Shown piece by piece: positions 63,550-64,000 of a stretch of DNA of 64,000 bases. Each line of letters starts with the position of its first letter. The stretch's first letter is position 1. The notes beneath the pieces were generated by a model. It was given only the letters and a program-made list of their open reading frames with translations. It was not told the DNA's origin and searched no databases. The DNA is from Firmicutes bacterium HGW-Firmicutes-14. GTDB taxonomy: Bacteria; Bacillota; Thermincolia; Thermincolales; UBA2595. The stretch lies in the NCBI GenBank assembly GCA_002840275.1, contig PHAB01000011.1, forward strand, positions 25,886 through 89,885, written 5' to 3'. Position numbers and translations under genes: made by a program.

Positions 63550-64000
63550 ATGATTATGAATATGGTTTCTCTGGCAGCCAAATGGGCCATACCATCCATA
63601 TTGTTTTTTATTACACTGCTGGCTTTTGTCAGAAGGGTTAATGTCTATGAGAGCTTCATTGAAGGGGCCCAGGAAGGTTTTATGACGGCAGTCAAGACCA
63701 TCCCTTTTCTTGTTGCTATGTTTGTGGCTATCAGTGTTTTCAGGGCTTCCGGAGCAATGGACCTGTTTGTGGAAACCGTTTCCCCGGTTACCGGTTTTTT
63801 TGGGATACCTGCGGAAATACTGCCCCTGGGAATAATGAGGCCTCTTTCCGGAGGGGGAGCCCTTGGTATTACAGCGGAACTAATCAAGGTTTATGGGGCT
63901 GACAGTTTTCTTGGAAGGTTGGCTTCCACCCTTCAGGGCAGTACTGATACCACTTTTTTTGTCCTGACCCTGTATTTTGGTTCAATAGGGGTTTCCAAGT
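63550..64000 (+). CDS. spmB: Spore maturation protein B (3' end outside the window)
   Basis: Absent from the ORF track because there is no stop before the window end. ATG 63550 gives MIMNMVSLAAKWAIPSILFFITLLAFVRRVNVYESFIEGAQEGF...MRPLSGGGALGI. Confidence 0.85.
   Translation, partial: MIMNMVSLAAKWAIPSILFFITLLAFVRRVNVYESFIEGAQEGFMTAVKTIPFLVAMFVAISVFRASGAMDLFVETVSPVTGFFGIPAEILPLGIMRPLSGGGALGITAELIKVYGADSFLGRLASTLQGSTDTTFFVLTLYFGSIGVSK

Overview
This is a 64-kb chromosomal window from an endospore-forming, probably anaerobic Firmicute. It looks Clostridia-like: sporulation genes, OLE RNA, Nfn/folate genes and multihaem c-type cytochromes suggest a Peptococcaceae- or Thermincola-like organism, but I cannot assign a species. 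Nearly all genes are on the + strand and follow the classic backbone: efp, spoIIIAA-AH, accB/accC, asp23, nusB, then folD, xseAB, ispA, dxs, tlyA, nadK, argR, recN, spoIVB, spo0A, then trpS, scpAB, ytfIJ, spmAB. The interesting parts are the departures from that backbone. (1) A family of covarying hairpin elements has four copies and occupies four of the five convergent gene junctions; I cannot assign it to any RNA or IS family I know. (2) A visibly AT-rich islet of about 3.5 kb (17.8-21.3 kb) carries a TPR + metallo-beta-lactamase-fold protein, a 49-aa ORF translationally coupled to a GNAT toxin-like acetyltransferase, and an orphan paralogue of the 49-aa ORF. (3) In a cadC-cadA operon, an in-frame TGA replaces the first Cys of the CxxC metal site and is followed by a hairpin, making it a selenocysteine candidate. 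(4) A roughly 610-nt OLE RNA plus oapA lies between ispA/DUF212 and dxs. (5) A 5S-type carboxyltransferase is fused in frame to a full-length AccB that keeps its own RBS and ATG. (6) There are two multihaem cytochromes, one with 10 CxxCH motifs and one with 4 CxxCH plus an NrfA-like CxxCM. (7) The TrpRS carries a Cys4 Fe-S-type motif and is about 75 aa longer than usual. I recognised no rRNA, tRNA, CRISPR array, transposase or integrase. All calls come from reading the sequence and the ORF translations; no searches were run.
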